Source: Candidatus Collierbacteria bacterium RIFOXYD2_FULL_45_13 (lineage in GTDB: Bacteria > Patescibacteriota > Microgenomatia > UBA1400 > MFAQ01). Taken from it: a stretch of DNA of 64,000 bases. Below the pieces are notes generated by a model, which was not told where the DNA came from, did no database searches, and saw nothing but the letters and a program-made list of their open reading frames with translations. The stretch spans positions 607,557 to 671,556 of the forward strand of contig MFAS01000001.1 in the NCBI GenBank assembly GCA_001774685.1, given 5' to 3'. The position numbers and the translations under genes were made by a program. Shown here one piece after another: positions 20,159 to 31,117 of the stretch; positions within the stretch are counted from its first letter, which is position 1; every line of letters starts with the position of its first letter.

Positions 20159-20743
20159 CTATTCAATAGTTAGTGGTTCGTCCTCTGCCTTCACCGGATT
20201 CATCACCAGACCGGCTACGTTTGAAGGCCAGTATCTAAAGAAAACTTTGCCGACGATGTTTCGATAGGGTACCGGACCCCAATCTCGGCTATCGGAGGAG
20301 TGATCACGGTTATCACCAAAAGCCATTAACTCATTTGGCTGAACCGTATACTCTTCCCCGTCGTGTAAGAACTGTCCTGGTGCTGTCGTATACTCCTTGG
20401 GAAGATAAAATTCGTCTAGCATTTGTCCGTCGACGTACACCTTTCCTTCCTTTACCATCACAGTCTGGCCGGGAGTGGCAATTATTCTCTTTATGAAGTC
20501 AAAATCCTCATTTATCGGTGCCTTGAAGACAATCACATCTCCGTCTCTTGGCGCTCTCGTTCTGTAGGTTACCTTATCCGTCAACAAATATTCTTTATCC
20601 TTGAAAGTAGGAAACATCGAGCTCCCTTTTACTTGGTGCGGCTGCATCAAGAAAAGGTAAATCACCACAAAAACAGAGGCGGAGATAACGAAGGCTTCGA
20701 CAAACTCGTAGACAATATGAACCAGCTTCCGAAAGAAAGACAT
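20159..20743 (-). CDS. lepB: Signal peptidase I
   Basis: GSSMFPT (Ser), FIKRII (Lys) and GDNRDHSSDSRDWG. Confidence 0.95.
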   Translation of the reverse strand: MSFFRKLVHIVYEFVEAFVISASVFVVIYLFLMQPHQVKGSSMFPTFKDKEYLLTDKVTYRTRAPRDGDVIVFKAPINEDFDFIKRIIATPGQTVMVKEGKVYVDGQMLDEFYLPKEYTTAPGQFLHDGEEYTVQPNELMAFGDNRDHSSDSRDWGPVPYRNIVGKVFFRYWPSNVAGLVMNPVKAEDEPLTIE

Positions 20744-20787
20744 CAGTTAAGTTTACTTTGACTGATATAATTATTCAAGCCAGAAAA

Positions 20788-20861
20788 GGTCGCGTAGCGC
20801 AGCTGGTTAGCGCACCGCATTCACATTGCGGGGGTCACTGGTTCGAATCCAGTCGCGACCA
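20788..20861 (+). tRNA. tRNA-Val(CAC)
   Basis: Acceptor ggtcgcg/cgcgacc; anticodon arm ccgca-ttCACat-tgcgg; T-arm actgg-ttcgaat-ccagt. Confidence 0.95.
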
Positions 20862-20901
20862 CAAACTTGTGTATTGCTATAGGTTTTGGTAAAATCACCC
20901 C

Positions 20902-21333
20902 ATGCCTAGATATACACCTGAAGTAGCCGTTCGGGTACTAAAAGATAACCCGGATATTCCGTATGAAAACAAGGCCTACTTTGAAGCTGTTCGAGACGGC
21001 ACATTATTCCAATATTATCGAGATCAAATTCAAAGATATCGAGATGAATATTCTGATGAGATTCCCCAAGCTCTTGCGAGCAGATTAGTTAATGGTGAGG
21101 AAACCCTCACGCAATACAAGTGCCAGATGACCTATGTTATTGGTTTATGCCTAACTTTAAGGGGAGCTATAGAGGACGGAACCATCGTTAATCGTGATAT
21201 TCAGGAGTGCGTCTTTCGTTTCCTAGAAAGTGATCTCAGCTTTCAGGTAGGAGACCCACAAAACGAAGGTAGAATTACCCGAATCAACCAAATTCTCGAT
21301 ATCGTTTTAACTGAATTGACGATGCCCCGTTGA
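20902..21333 (+). CDS. Hypothetical protein
   Basis: 143 aa ORF with extended -10 TGgTAAAAT 6 nt upstream. Confidence 0.6.
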   Translation: MPRYTPEVAVRVLKDNPDIPYENKAYFEAVRDGTLFQYYRDQIQRYRDEYSDEIPQALASRLVNGEETLTQYKCQMTYVIGLCLTLRGAIEDGTIVNRDIQECVFRFLESDLSFQVGDPQNEGRITRINQILDIVLTELTMPR

Positions 21334-21343
21334 CACAAATCTA

Positions 21344-22771
21344 CTATTTGTCTCTTATGATATAAATCGGAGGCTCATTGGCGGCCACTTTTATCGCAAA
21401 ATAATTCGTCAACAATTTCTGTACTTTATCCGGCGCCGAGTAGGGGAAATGAATATTGTCGATAAATATATATGTTGGCAGTCTGTCCTTGAACGAGTCA
21501 ATAAACTTTGTGTACAGAACCGGCGAGTGCTCCATCCAGGGCAGGTAAAAGAGAAACTTATTAAAAGGAGTAATATTCGTCTGTTGATAAAGCAAAGTGT
21601 GGGCCGGCAAAGCAAACAAAGTATCGCCCGTTGATTTGACAGAATTTAAGTAACTCACCAACGGACTATTGTCGGCGTATCTAATCACCATTTTTCCCGC
21701 CTGATCCTGATTAGGAAAGTAGTTGGCCGGGTTTCTCAGTAACATGATCAACGGAAGCAGAAGTGCGAGTGCCCACCACATTCCTCTATCTTTGATAGAC
21801 CCAAAGAATTTGTACCAACACAAGGCACCGAGTGCCACCGCCCAAGGTAATGCATGAAAATCCAACACGTCATTTAGTCCGGGAACACTTCTATACCCAA
21901 TTACTCCCAGGAGAAATCCAAAGATCAACAAAGTACCAAACTTGATTCTTTTAAAATCAAAAATAAAAAGAAATAAAACAAGTAACTGTATCGAGACAAT
22001 ATTTGCGGACAGTGATATGTTCTTCATTACCAGTGCAGGAGCTAAAAACACCTTAAGCGTATATTTGAGGGGATTGTTAATTAAGAGTGGGGCATAGGTC
22101 AGCACGTTATAGCCAAAGAACTGGATAACAAATTCACGAACGTCCACTTGGATTAAAGCCCAGATTACCGGGATAGAAAAAGCAATCGCCCACGACAAGA
22201 CAATTCTTGGTCTCTGACGGTTACGCCATAAAAAACGGCAGGTTGTCACACAAACCAGTGGCCAAAGAGGGGATAGTAGAATAACTATTAGCCCTGTCGA
22301 AAAACCGGACAAGAGAGAACGTGTTTTCCTTTCCGCCATCGTCATCAATGATAAATAGACCATCGGATAAACTACCAAGTTTTCGGCTTGAAATAGACTG
22401 TGAAGATAGCTTGCCCGCAGGAGTTCAACAACCAGTACCAGCCACAACGAAAGCGGGCCCCATATCAACACGAGGATTAGTGCCCAAAGATAATTCCATA
22501 TCGTTACGAATGTTCTGTGAACATACACACTTTGATCGGTCCCAACCGGCTGAAAAGTTCTGTCCAGCACCTCACTCATTAAATACGCTCCCGGCAAGTG
22601 GTGGGAGAATATATCTTTGGACATCTTTAAGTTATTTCTGGACATCAGGAAGCCGGAAACAATATTGTCATCTTCATCATGAGTGTTGATGAAAGAGTAA
22701 GATGCCCGACTCAAGTTAAGTACAAGCGCAAAGATCAAAGTCACAAATAGATACGGTAACGCTCTTTTCAT
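21344..22771 (-). CDS. Polytopic membrane protein, GT-C-fold glycosyltransferase-like
   Basis: HDEDDN after TM1, DIFSHHLPG loop, many TMs and a soluble C-terminal domain. Confidence 0.65.
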   Translation of the reverse strand: MKRALPYLFVTLIFALVLNLSRASYSFINTHDEDDNIVSGFLMSRNNLKMSKDIFSHHLPGAYLMSEVLDRTFQPVGTDQSVYVHRTFVTIWNYLWALILVLIWGPLSLWLVLVVELLRASYLHSLFQAENLVVYPMVYLSLMTMAERKTRSLLSGFSTGLIVILLSPLWPLVCVTTCRFLWRNRQRPRIVLSWAIAFSIPVIWALIQVDVREFVIQFFGYNVLTYAPLLINNPLKYTLKVFLAPALVMKNISLSANIVSIQLLVLFLFIFDFKRIKFGTLLIFGFLLGVIGYRSVPGLNDVLDFHALPWAVALGALCWYKFFGSIKDRGMWWALALLLPLIMLLRNPANYFPNQDQAGKMVIRYADNSPLVSYLNSVKSTGDTLFALPAHTLLYQQTNITPFNKFLFYLPWMEHSPVLYTKFIDSFKDRLPTYIFIDNIHFPYSAPDKVQKLLTNYFAIKVAANEPPIYIIRDK

Positions 22772-24087
22772 GGTTCTATTTTCCTGTTGCAGAACGGATC
22801 AAAATCTTTTTTGAAAATCGGCCATAAAAAATCTATTCTCCAGATTCTTTGAGGCACAATAAATTCAGGAATGAAAACATCTTCGATACATGTTCCCGGG
22901 AGAGTGGAGGACAGCTCGTTGAAGTAAGCTCGTGTCAGTTGAGGTCTAATGACCCAGATCTTAGCCCAGATTTCAAAACCGATCCAAGACAGTGGTATAT
23001 GGATCAGAAATACTGACAAAACCAAAACTCTTCTTATCCCGGTGAATTTCATCCTGCTCAAGAGTACCGCCACTCCAATTAATAAAAAAGAAAGGGGAAA
23101 GTATGCATAATAGTTGGCTAGGGCATGTTCGATGCCGAACTTCCATCTAGGCACTGCCAAAGTCACGAAGCTACCGACAGCCACCACTAAACCAAACAAA
23201 ACATGTTTATCTACCAATTTGCGACGAGACTTATAAATAAGAACCAATACCAACAGCAGGGGAATCGCTACGAAACTGGCTCTCAAGCTCTCACTTGGCC
23301 AGAGCCACCTTCCCGCCACAGTTTTGCTCAAACCCATTATTACAAACTTGATTATTGCCAGCGGATTAGATAGCCAAGTCTTGGGATCCGTATGTACGGA
23401 GAGATTACTCCCGATGAATGAAAAGTAGATGATTCCAAGAGTCAGCTGAGCTGATACTAAGGCATATCCGATTTTGTTGATTCTTTTTTTCAGGTAGTCA
23501 AATCCGAAGATTAGAAACGGCCAAATTGGCCAGGTCAACCCAATGCCCCAACTCAAGCCCGGCAATATCGACAAAACATATAACACCAGAACCAATATTT
23601 CTGATCTAGGTTTCTCAATAATTTTTAAAATGATCCAATAAGAAAGGAGCGCAAATATCGTGGCCAAAAAAAACATCTGTCCGGTGATCCACCATACCAC
23701 GGTAAACCAACTCGAGTTTATCACCATGCCCCACACCGGTAAACTCGCCCAAACAAAAGACTGGGTCAATCGATAAGTAATCGAGAACATCAAACCCAAC
23801 ACTATGACATGCAACAAAGTATTTATTAGCATGTAAGGGGCATAATTAATCCCAAAGAGAGACCACTCGGCTCGCAACAGAGGCCAAAAGGTGATGTTTA
23901 GATGTTCATTGTTGGGATGTCCCACCGTCTTCCAGCCTTGCCAGTCAGCCACCACTGCCAGTTCGACAACATCGTCCTGATGGAAAAATGATCTCGTCAC
24001 TCCCTGCCGATACAGCATTACCACACTAAAGATCGTCAAAACCCATCCGATAACCACGTAGAGAATGTCTATTTTAGCCGTCCTCAT
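22768..24087 (-). CDS. Polytopic membrane protein, GT-C-like
   Basis: FFHQDD after TM1, FG....PY..IN..LH motif, many TMs. Confidence 0.6.
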   Translation of the reverse strand: MRTAKIDILYVVIGWVLTIFSVVMLYRQGVTRSFFHQDDVVELAVVADWQGWKTVGHPNNEHLNITFWPLLRAEWSLFGINYAPYMLINTLLHVIVLGLMFSITYRLTQSFVWASLPVWGMVINSSWFTVVWWITGQMFFLATIFALLSYWIILKIIEKPRSEILVLVLYVLSILPGLSWGIGLTWPIWPFLIFGFDYLKKRINKIGYALVSAQLTLGIIYFSFIGSNLSVHTDPKTWLSNPLAIIKFVIMGLSKTVAGRWLWPSESLRASFVAIPLLLVLVLIYKSRRKLVDKHVLFGLVVAVGSFVTLAVPRWKFGIEHALANYYAYFPLSFLLIGVAVLLSRMKFTGIRRVLVLSVFLIHIPLSWIGFEIWAKIWVIRPQLTRAYFNELSSTLPGTCIEDVFIPEFIVPQRIWRIDFLWPIFKKDFDPFCNRKIEP

Positions 24088-24124
24088 AAAACACCCATAT
24101 CATCTCACACGAACCAAGAGTCGG

Positions 24125-26179
24125 CTACCTTTTACGCTCCACGTAACTCACACAGGCACCCTGATTCTTAAACCCAGCCTGACTAAACTGTCGCCAACCA
24201 TCGTTTTTGCATTGTCGTTTGTCTCCGGGAAAGGTAGTACCACGAATAATTTTGTAGGTATCCACCTGACCTGCACTTATCAATTCACCACCAAACCTCA
24301 CCCACTCCGGTGACTCGTGGATATTACCCAGGTGCAGTGTGTAGTTGCCCAAACCGGACTCCTTTACCCTTACGACTAGGTCCTGACCGGTATAGCCAGG
24401 GAAAATAAAAAGCTTTTCACTGGGGAAATAATAACCCAAGGCATCATTGCAGGTTAACAACAAAACGTCACAAACCTCTAATGTCCCGGGGGATCTTAAG
24501 ATAACCACGAAGGAATTAACTCTGCTATCAGGAACGGAAGATTCAGCCAAGTTTTGGTCAAGATTTAACTGCTCAAAAATCTTCTTTACGTTATTTTGAT
24601 TAGCCAACAAATCTCCGTGCCAACCCTCCAACTCAGTTCCGACACCAAATAGCCCAACCGCGCTTGTTCTTGTTACAGATCCGTCACCCGCAGTTTTTAA
24701 GAAAGGATCAGAGCCCGTAGGCTTACCGTCCTCCCATTGATCGATGACCCTGTCTTCATCACTTCGTGGCACGATCCTTATCACTTCTCTGGTTACATTA
24801 ATGTCATCACTCCAAAAAGGGGTAAGCTTACTTCCCAGATCAGTCACATTCTCGTTCATGGTTTTCAGGTATGTATTTTTCTGAGACATTGCGTCAATTG
24901 TTACCAGCTCTTCCCCTGACATCAGAAAAGGATTGGTAGGCATTAGATCAATAATTGAAGGGGAAACCCGACGGATAGCCTTAATTTTCGTTTCATTCGG
25001 GCGTCTATTTATTTCCGTGGCGATCTCCAATAGCACGTTTTCCCACCACACTCCATTCCAGATTCTTGCACCCTCCCAGAGTCCATACATGTCCACCACT
25101 CCTTGGTGAGGTGACCCGGCGGTCAGAATCTGATCAACATTTAAGACCCCGTGTTTTTGCGCATACGCCCTGGCCACCAATCCTCCCATGCTATGACCTA
25201 TCAAATCGACCTTCTCATTCCCAAGATTTCTGCTGTCAATAAATTGTTTCAGGTCGTCCGCCAGATCATCTAACGGTTTTCGCCAATCATATGGAAACAC
25301 AAACAAATCCGTGTCATCCTCGTAGCCGGCGTTTCTAAACGACTTGAGTAGCCCGTCATAATTTTTCACAAAAGGCGGAACCGCCCAATTATTCCCATCT
25401 TCTCCCGCCAATATCGCCTCTAGATCCCAACTCCCCCCAAACCCCGGCAAGACAATGACTGGGTGTTTTACAACGGGGTCCGCAATTTCATTGACAGTTA
25501 TATTGTAGATCTCAAAGGGTGACCACGCGCCGATACCCAAAGGACCGACGGAATTTCCAAACCAAATATACTTTGGTCTCCTTTGGTTTGTGTTAGAAAC
25601 ATAATTCGGAGTGTCGGCACCATCGTAATAAAATGAATATTGACCAGTGTCAGAATATATTATTTTAATTTCATGAGGATTTAGGTCGTGAGAACTCGGA
25701 ACGTTATTCAATAACTCTAGCGTGTTGCAATCCGTGCCATCCGAATTACACATGACTTTTTGAGAGTACAAACCATAATCTGCACTCTGCCAAACTGAAA
25801 ATGTGATATATCCAGGGATGTCAGATCCAGGGTCTACACCATTTGTGGGATATCTGTCCGCCGATATCGTTATACCATCACCATAACCTCCAACAGCAAG
25901 ATATTTGTAATTTATTAGTATTGAAAAAGGCCCAGTTTCAGGAAAGATATCCGGTTTTGAATACACATATGGAAACATCGAGGACCCACCAATTGCTCCA
26001 GAAAGAACGACCTTTCCTTGATCAACCGTAATCTGTCCGGAATTAAGTGATACGTTCCATTTACTAAGGTCTATTGTGTTTCCTGTAAAATCATCACTAA
26101 AGAAAGAAAATGCTTTGAGTGGAAAGAAGAAAAACATTAAGCAACAAAATCCAAAAAAAACACTCTTTTTTGCAGGCAT
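24125..26179 (-). CDS. Secreted alpha/beta hydrolase (lipase/PGAP1/LCAT-like) with N-terminal lectin-like domain
   Basis: Signal peptide; FSDDF..W start of a beta-sandwich; PVIVLPG, FPYDWR, GHSMGG nucleophile elbow, GSPHQG and GDGSV. Confidence 0.8.
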   Translation of the reverse strand: MPAKKSVFFGFCCLMFFFFPLKAFSFFSDDFTGNTIDLSKWNVSLNSGQITVDQGKVVLSGAIGGSSMFPYVYSKPDIFPETGPFSILINYKYLAVGGYGDGITISADRYPTNGVDPGSDIPGYITFSVWQSADYGLYSQKVMCNSDGTDCNTLELLNNVPSSHDLNPHEIKIIYSDTGQYSFYYDGADTPNYVSNTNQRRPKYIWFGNSVGPLGIGAWSPFEIYNITVNEIADPVVKHPVIVLPGFGGSWDLEAILAGEDGNNWAVPPFVKNYDGLLKSFRNAGYEDDTDLFVFPYDWRKPLDDLADDLKQFIDSRNLGNEKVDLIGHSMGGLVARAYAQKHGVLNVDQILTAGSPHQGVVDMYGLWEGARIWNGVWWENVLLEIATEINRRPNETKIKAIRRVSPSIIDLMPTNPFLMSGEELVTIDAMSQKNTYLKTMNENVTDLGSKLTPFWSDDINVTREVIRIVPRSDEDRVIDQWEDGKPTGSDPFLKTAGDGSVTRTSAVGLFGVGTELEGWHGDLLANQNNVKKIFEQLNLDQNLAESSVPDSRVNSFVVILRSPGTLEVCDVLLLTCNDALGYYFPSEKLFIFPGYTGQDLVVRVKESGLGNYTLHLGNIHESPEWVRFGGELISAGQVDTYKIIRGTTFPGDKRQCKNDGWRQFSQAGFKNQGACVSYVERKR

Positions 26180-26212
26180 ATTATAATCATTTCACTTAAA
26201 TCAAAAAAGTCA

Positions 26213-27319
26213 ATGATCGGACGAACGAACAAATTAGCCATTTTTCACAATTTGCCAGAAGGAGGGGGACTAAGAATGCTTAAGAGTATTATCCATAGAT
26301 ATTCGGAAAAGTACGACATCTCGTTATTTGTAATAAGTGATTTAAAACCAAAACAGATCAAGGGGGCAGATCTGAAATACACCCAGGTTAAGCCATGGAG
26401 GGGGTTCGTTGGAAGAAATCTATGGATTTATTTTGTTCTTCCAAGAATTCATGCGTCATTAGCAAAAACAATCAATAAAAACTTTGATACAGTTTTTGTA
26501 AATCATGACTATTTTACGAAATCACCCTACTTGTTAAGGTATTTAAAGAAGAAAAGTATTTATTTGTGTCAGGAACCACCAAGAGAATTTTATGAACCTG
26601 CCAAATTCCATGCACCAAACTTGAAAGATAGAATAGCCAACACTCTAAGGTACCCTATCAAGATTATCGACAAAAGTAATGTCAAAAAAGCAGACACTAT
26701 AATATGTAACTCTAAGTATTCCCAGGGCTCAATGTCGAAGATATACGGTAGAAAATGCGAAGTCGTCTATCCAGGTGTTGATACTCGATACTTTAGACCT
26801 TGTAATAACAAAGGGGACACGATTCTCTGTGTAGGTGGAATAAACACTGTTAAAGATCAACTGTTTCTGGTTGATGCTCTTAAACCCATCCTTGACACAT
26901 ACAAACTGGTTCTGGTTGGACAAGGCAAGAGAGAATATATTGACAAACTAAGGAAAGCAGGCGGAAATAGTAATAACCTTGTTATCATCCCAAACATAAC
27001 TGATCGAAAGCTAAAAACTCTATATTGCAGATCGTTGGTCACATGTATCTCAGCTCACAATGAACCATTTGGACTTTCATCGATTGAATCTCAGTCATGT
27101 GGTACTCCCGTGGTATCCATATATGAAGGTGGACCTAGGGAAACGATTATTAATGGGAGGACTGGTTATTTCTCAAAAAGGGACGCAGGGGGATATCGAG
27201 ACAAGGTACTTCTAGCAATCAAGAACCATCATAAGATGGGGAAGTCGGCAAGGAACAACATCATCAAAAAATGGTCCTGGAGCTTCACTTTAAAAAAACT
27301 AGACACCTACTTTAAATGA
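26213..27319 (-). other. Placeholder removed; see plus-strand CDS at the same coordinates
   Basis: No minus-strand feature is supported here. Confidence 0.01.
26213..27319 (+). CDS. GT4 family glycosyltransferase
   Basis: GGG start, NSKYS, YPGVD and EPFGLSSIES..CGTPVV. Confidence 0.9.
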   Translation: MIGRTNKLAIFHNLPEGGGLRMLKSIIHRYSEKYDISLFVISDLKPKQIKGADLKYTQVKPWRGFVGRNLWIYFVLPRIHASLAKTINKNFDTVFVNHDYFTKSPYLLRYLKKKSIYLCQEPPREFYEPAKFHAPNLKDRIANTLRYPIKIIDKSNVKKADTIICNSKYSQGSMSKIYGRKCEVVYPGVDTRYFRPCNNKGDTILCVGGINTVKDQLFLVDALKPILDTYKLVLVGQGKREYIDKLRKAGGNSNNLVIIPNITDRKLKTLYCRSLVTCISAHNEPFGLSSIESQSCGTPVVSIYEGGPRETIINGRTGYFSKRDAGGYRDKVLLAIKNHHKMGKSARNNIIKKWSWSFTLKKLDTYFK

Positions 27320-28407
27320 AAATATTTATAGTCAGAGGGGGGTTTTTGAATCCGTTTGAGTTACAGAATTACGTTCCGTTGAAGAACAAACATGACATCA
27401 AGGCAATATCTTCCAAATACCCCATTTCCGACAAGATAGACCTGCCTTTGATCAAACTTTGGTCACCAACAGATATTCCAAAGATCCCATTCAAATATCC
27501 GATCCTCAATCGTCTTTTCACGGACGCCCACCAGCTTTTCGGACTAGATCAAGTTATTAAGGGGGCGGACATTGTCCACGTTGCCGAGACCTACTATGGC
27601 TACACCAATCAAGCCATCATGGCCAAGAGGAGGGGGCTGGTACGGAAGGTAATCAGTACCGTTTGGGAGATAATTCCTCATAACAATGAAAGTATTCGGG
27701 GAAGAAAACAATTCAAGAAACTTGCCAGAGAAAACATAGATCGCTTTATCGCTGTTACCGAGCTAGCCAAACGAGCTTTAATCAAAGAGGGGGTTAGACC
27801 GGAAAAAATCTCGGTCATCAAAGTAGGCATAGATCTGACCAAGTTTAGGCCAAGGCAGTCTAAAAAGACCAAACGTGACCTTCATATCCTTTGTGTCGCC
27901 AGACTGGTACCGGAAAAAGGCGTCGAAGATTTATTAAATGCTTTTATAGCTCTTTCCAAAAATATTAAAAATGTGCATCTGACATTTGTTGGTGACGGAC
28001 CATTGAAAGCAGATCTTTCCGGATACAAAAACGTCCACGTCAAACGAGTTCCCTATGGCAAAATAGTCGACGCATATCACTCTGCGGACATCCTTTGTCT
28101 CCCCAGTAGACAGACGCGGACTTGGGAAGAGCAGTATGGTATGGTCCTTATTGAAGCCATGGCCTGTGGTTTACCTATCGTAACAACCGCTACCGGAGCC
28201 ATTCAAGAGGTTTGTGACAACGTAGTTCTATATGCCAAACCTTCTGATCCTCACAGTCTTCAAATTAATCTTGAAAAACTTCTCAGAGACAAAAAATTAA
28301 GAGAAAGGTTCGGACACCTGGCACGGCGCAGAGCTTTTCAAAACTTCGACCGACAAAAAATCGCCAAAGCGATTAATGGCGTGTACCAAAGTCTATTAAA
28401 ACATTAG
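27316..28407 (+). CDS. GT4 family glycosyltransferase
   Basis: ARLVPEKG, VGDGP and EQYGMVLIEAMACGLPIV. Confidence 0.92.
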   Translation: MKIFIVRGGFLNPFELQNYVPLKNKHDIKAISSKYPISDKIDLPLIKLWSPTDIPKIPFKYPILNRLFTDAHQLFGLDQVIKGADIVHVAETYYGYTNQAIMAKRRGLVRKVISTVWEIIPHNNESIRGRKQFKKLARENIDRFIAVTELAKRALIKEGVRPEKISVIKVGIDLTKFRPRQSKKTKRDLHILCVARLVPEKGVEDLLNAFIALSKNIKNVHLTFVGDGPLKADLSGYKNVHVKRVPYGKIVDAYHSADILCLPSRQTRTWEEQYGMVLIEAMACGLPIVTTATGAIQEVCDNVVLYAKPSDPHSLQINLEKLLRDKKLRERFGHLARRRAFQNFDRQKIAKAINGVYQSLLKH

Positions 28408-29752
28408 CCCGGACCCTTTTTAGCAGGTGATATAAGTGTCTCAAAATATTTACCGGGTGCTTGATGAAATCAATGTAGTACCTACGTTTTTGTTCAGACT
28501 TAAACATCAGAATCAGATCATACAGTTCTTTCTTCGTTAATGTTTCAGAAAGGATAATGGCTTTTTCATGATTTTCCAAGAACTCCACGTTCAATGTACT
28601 CCAGTCCATCTTTTCACTCACCATACCCCGTTCTTTTGCATACTCCCAGATCGGTGTGCCCGGTAGGGGAGTCAGCACGTAAATTCCAAATCCACGCAAC
28701 TTACTGTCCTTAATAAATTTAAAAGTTTGCATAATTTCCTCACGCGTTTCGTTTGGTGATCCGATGATGAAAGAGGCACTTGGTTCAATGCCATATTTCT
28801 TAAAAACACGAATTGCTCTCATATGGTCTTTGATATTTACGTTTCCGCCTTTGAGATAATCGAGAATTCTGGGAGTGCCCGATTCCAATCCCATCGAAAC
28901 ACCCTTAACGTTTAGCTTCTTAAGTAACTTTGCCATGCTCTCATCAATCAAATTAGAGCGTACAGCGCAGCTGAAAGTAAGCTTTCCCAGCAGTTTCTCT
29001 TTTCGTAGAAGAGAAACAATGTCTTTTATTCTCTGTTTGCTGACTATAAACAGGTCATCCCAAAAATCAATCTCCCGAACGCCATAATTTTCGTATAAAT
29101 TCTTAATCTCGGATACGACATATTTGGCCGAGAAAAATCTCGTTTTGTTCCAAAAGCGTGAGGATGCGCAAAAGACACACCGGTAAGGACACCCTCTTGA
29201 GGAGAACACGTGTGTACATTTTTCGATTTTCATTAGGTCCCTAGCTGGAACAGGAATGGCATCCATGGGCATAATTGGGGAACGGATCTCCGTCTGTACA
29301 ATTTTTTTACCCTCCCAAAAAGCCAACCCCTTAAGTTTCTTCAAGTCGTTTATCTCAAACCTCTTTTTTTGAATAAAGATTTCCATCAGTTCCTTGATTG
29401 CTTCTTCACCCTCGCCAAGTACCGCCACATCCATATCTCTAGTCATGCTCGACGGCAAAACCGTCACATGAGTACCTCCAACCAGTACCGGAATATTATA
29501 TTTTTTAGCCGCTTTGGCATACTTCATGGCGAAGTTAAAGTTTTGAGACACTGAAGTAATTCCGACAATATCCGGTTTGTACGTGCGGATTGCCACAGCC
29601 ACATCCCGATCAATAATTTTAAAGTCGATCAAATTGTTTCCATACTTTTCCCTTAAGGAGCTTACTAGATAGCCAAGACTCAGCGGAGGGAGGGAGGTTT
29701 GTAAAGACTTCGTAATATCAATGGCATTTATTAGCAGAAATTTAACTTTCAT
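28373..29752 (-). CDS. B12-binding radical SAM protein (class B type)
   Basis: N-terminal cobalamin-binding domain (PPLSLGY, GGTHVT, GEGE); SRGCPYRCVFC (CxxxCxxC) and GLESG. Confidence 0.9.
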   Translation of the reverse strand: MKVKFLLINAIDITKSLQTSLPPLSLGYLVSSLREKYGNNLIDFKIIDRDVAVAIRTYKPDIVGITSVSQNFNFAMKYAKAAKKYNIPVLVGGTHVTVLPSSMTRDMDVAVLGEGEEAIKELMEIFIQKKRFEINDLKKLKGLAFWEGKKIVQTEIRSPIMPMDAIPVPARDLMKIEKCTHVFSSRGCPYRCVFCASSRFWNKTRFFSAKYVVSEIKNLYENYGVREIDFWDDLFIVSKQRIKDIVSLLRKEKLLGKLTFSCAVRSNLIDESMAKLLKKLNVKGVSMGLESGTPRILDYLKGGNVNIKDHMRAIRVFKKYGIEPSASFIIGSPNETREEIMQTFKFIKDSKLRGFGIYVLTPLPGTPIWEYAKERGMVSEKMDWSTLNVEFLENHEKAIILSETLTKKELYDLILMFKSEQKRRYYIDFIKHPVNILRHLYHLLKRVRANVLIDFGTRH

Positions 29753-29809
29753 ATTTATCTTCCAATTCTACATCAGCCCTAGGCCAATTAGTCTATAATT
29801 TAGATCGAG

Positions 29810-31117
29810 ATGTCGATCAAAGAAAGTTTAATCAAAAATACGGGATTTAATCTTGCGGGCTATTTTTACCTCCTCATTGCCAGTTTCTTTTCCGTCCCCA
29901 TTCTTCTAAACAATTTAGGGAGAGATGTCTTTGGGGTGTACATATTTCTGATCTCTATTGTCTCTTTGTCGGCAGTATTTGATTTTGGTCTCTCCAACGC
30001 TGTCGTTCGGAAACTTTCCCTCCCTGGTACTACCGGAGAAGAGAGGATCAAAACTTGGAAAACCTCTTTTGCCATCTTTATAACACTGGCTTTGATTCTT
30101 TCGGCAGGCGTTATTGTGTTACTTCAATACCTTTCGCAGGTCATGCCCATCTTCGCCCACCTTGACAGAAATACGATCAACCTATCTATTCTGGTGTTAT
30201 CTGGCATAGCATTTATTAATCACGTCAACATCCACCTACTAAACCTGCCTCAGTCAGAACAGAGATTTGACATATTTAATTCCAAGACGTTGTTGGTCGG
30301 CACGGCCAACACGATCATTTCGGCCACAGTATCCGGCTTCTATCCAAATATTGCCGTTCTATACGCCACCCAACTGCTCTTTCACCTGTTGACACTCGTC
30401 TACATGATTTCTTATTCTCTTAAGTTCTTCCATGGTTCAGACTTTTCTCCCTCTTACGATAGGGTCATCGGAAAAGAACTTTTTTCCTTCGGGCTACGAA
30501 ACTTTATCGGCACTCTTGCCGGTCAGGTAGAAAACCAGTTCAGCAACTTTATTCTCGGTGCCCTAGTCTCCGCCAGGGCAATTACCGCCTTCAGTATTCC
30601 CCAAAGTATCGTTGCCAAGGGGGCAGGGGTCGTTTCTCAGTTTGCCCAGGCCTTTTTTCCTTTAAGCGCATCACTACTCGAAAAAGACCGTATCAAAAAG
30701 CTTAGATCGCTGGTTCTGGGCGTTGAGGGTCTGACGTTAATGGGGGGCATCTTAGCAGTGGTACTTTCACACACCACTGGTCAGCCGTTCCTCATGTGGT
30801 GGCTTAAGGATAGCATTGTTGTTGAAACCGCCTTCCCTGTTTTGAAAATACTGAGTTTCTATTTTTTACTGGTCTCACTTACTCCTGTTCCTACTGCCCT
30901 TCTTCAAGGCCTCAACAAACCCCAAATTCCTTCCTTTTTTGGCGTCTTGACGGTAACGGTTGAAATAGCTCTTTCCCTATTTCTGGTTCCCCTTTATGGG
31001 GCGGTCGGGGTAGCATATTCTTTCCTTCTTAGCGTCTGTGTCACCGTGCCCACCATCCTGATAGTTACTTGGGTTCAGCTCGACCGGGAGATTAGGAAAC
31101 TTGCTTTGTTACAGTAA
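29810..31117 (+). CDS. Wzx-like polysaccharide flippase
   Basis: LG...FGVY, DFGL..A and LVPLYGAVGVA; about 12 TMs. Confidence 0.85.
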   Translation: MSIKESLIKNTGFNLAGYFYLLIASFFSVPILLNNLGRDVFGVYIFLISIVSLSAVFDFGLSNAVVRKLSLPGTTGEERIKTWKTSFAIFITLALILSAGVIVLLQYLSQVMPIFAHLDRNTINLSILVLSGIAFINHVNIHLLNLPQSEQRFDIFNSKTLLVGTANTIISATVSGFYPNIAVLYATQLLFHLLTLVYMISYSLKFFHGSDFSPSYDRVIGKELFSFGLRNFIGTLAGQVENQFSNFILGALVSARAITAFSIPQSIVAKGAGVVSQFAQAFFPLSASLLEKDRIKKLRSLVLGVEGLTLMGGILAVVLSHTTGQPFLMWWLKDSIVVETAFPVLKILSFYFLLVSLTPVPTALLQGLNKPQIPSFFGVLTVTVEIALSLFLVPLYGAVGVAYSFLLSVCVTVPTILIVTWVQLDREIRKLALLQ

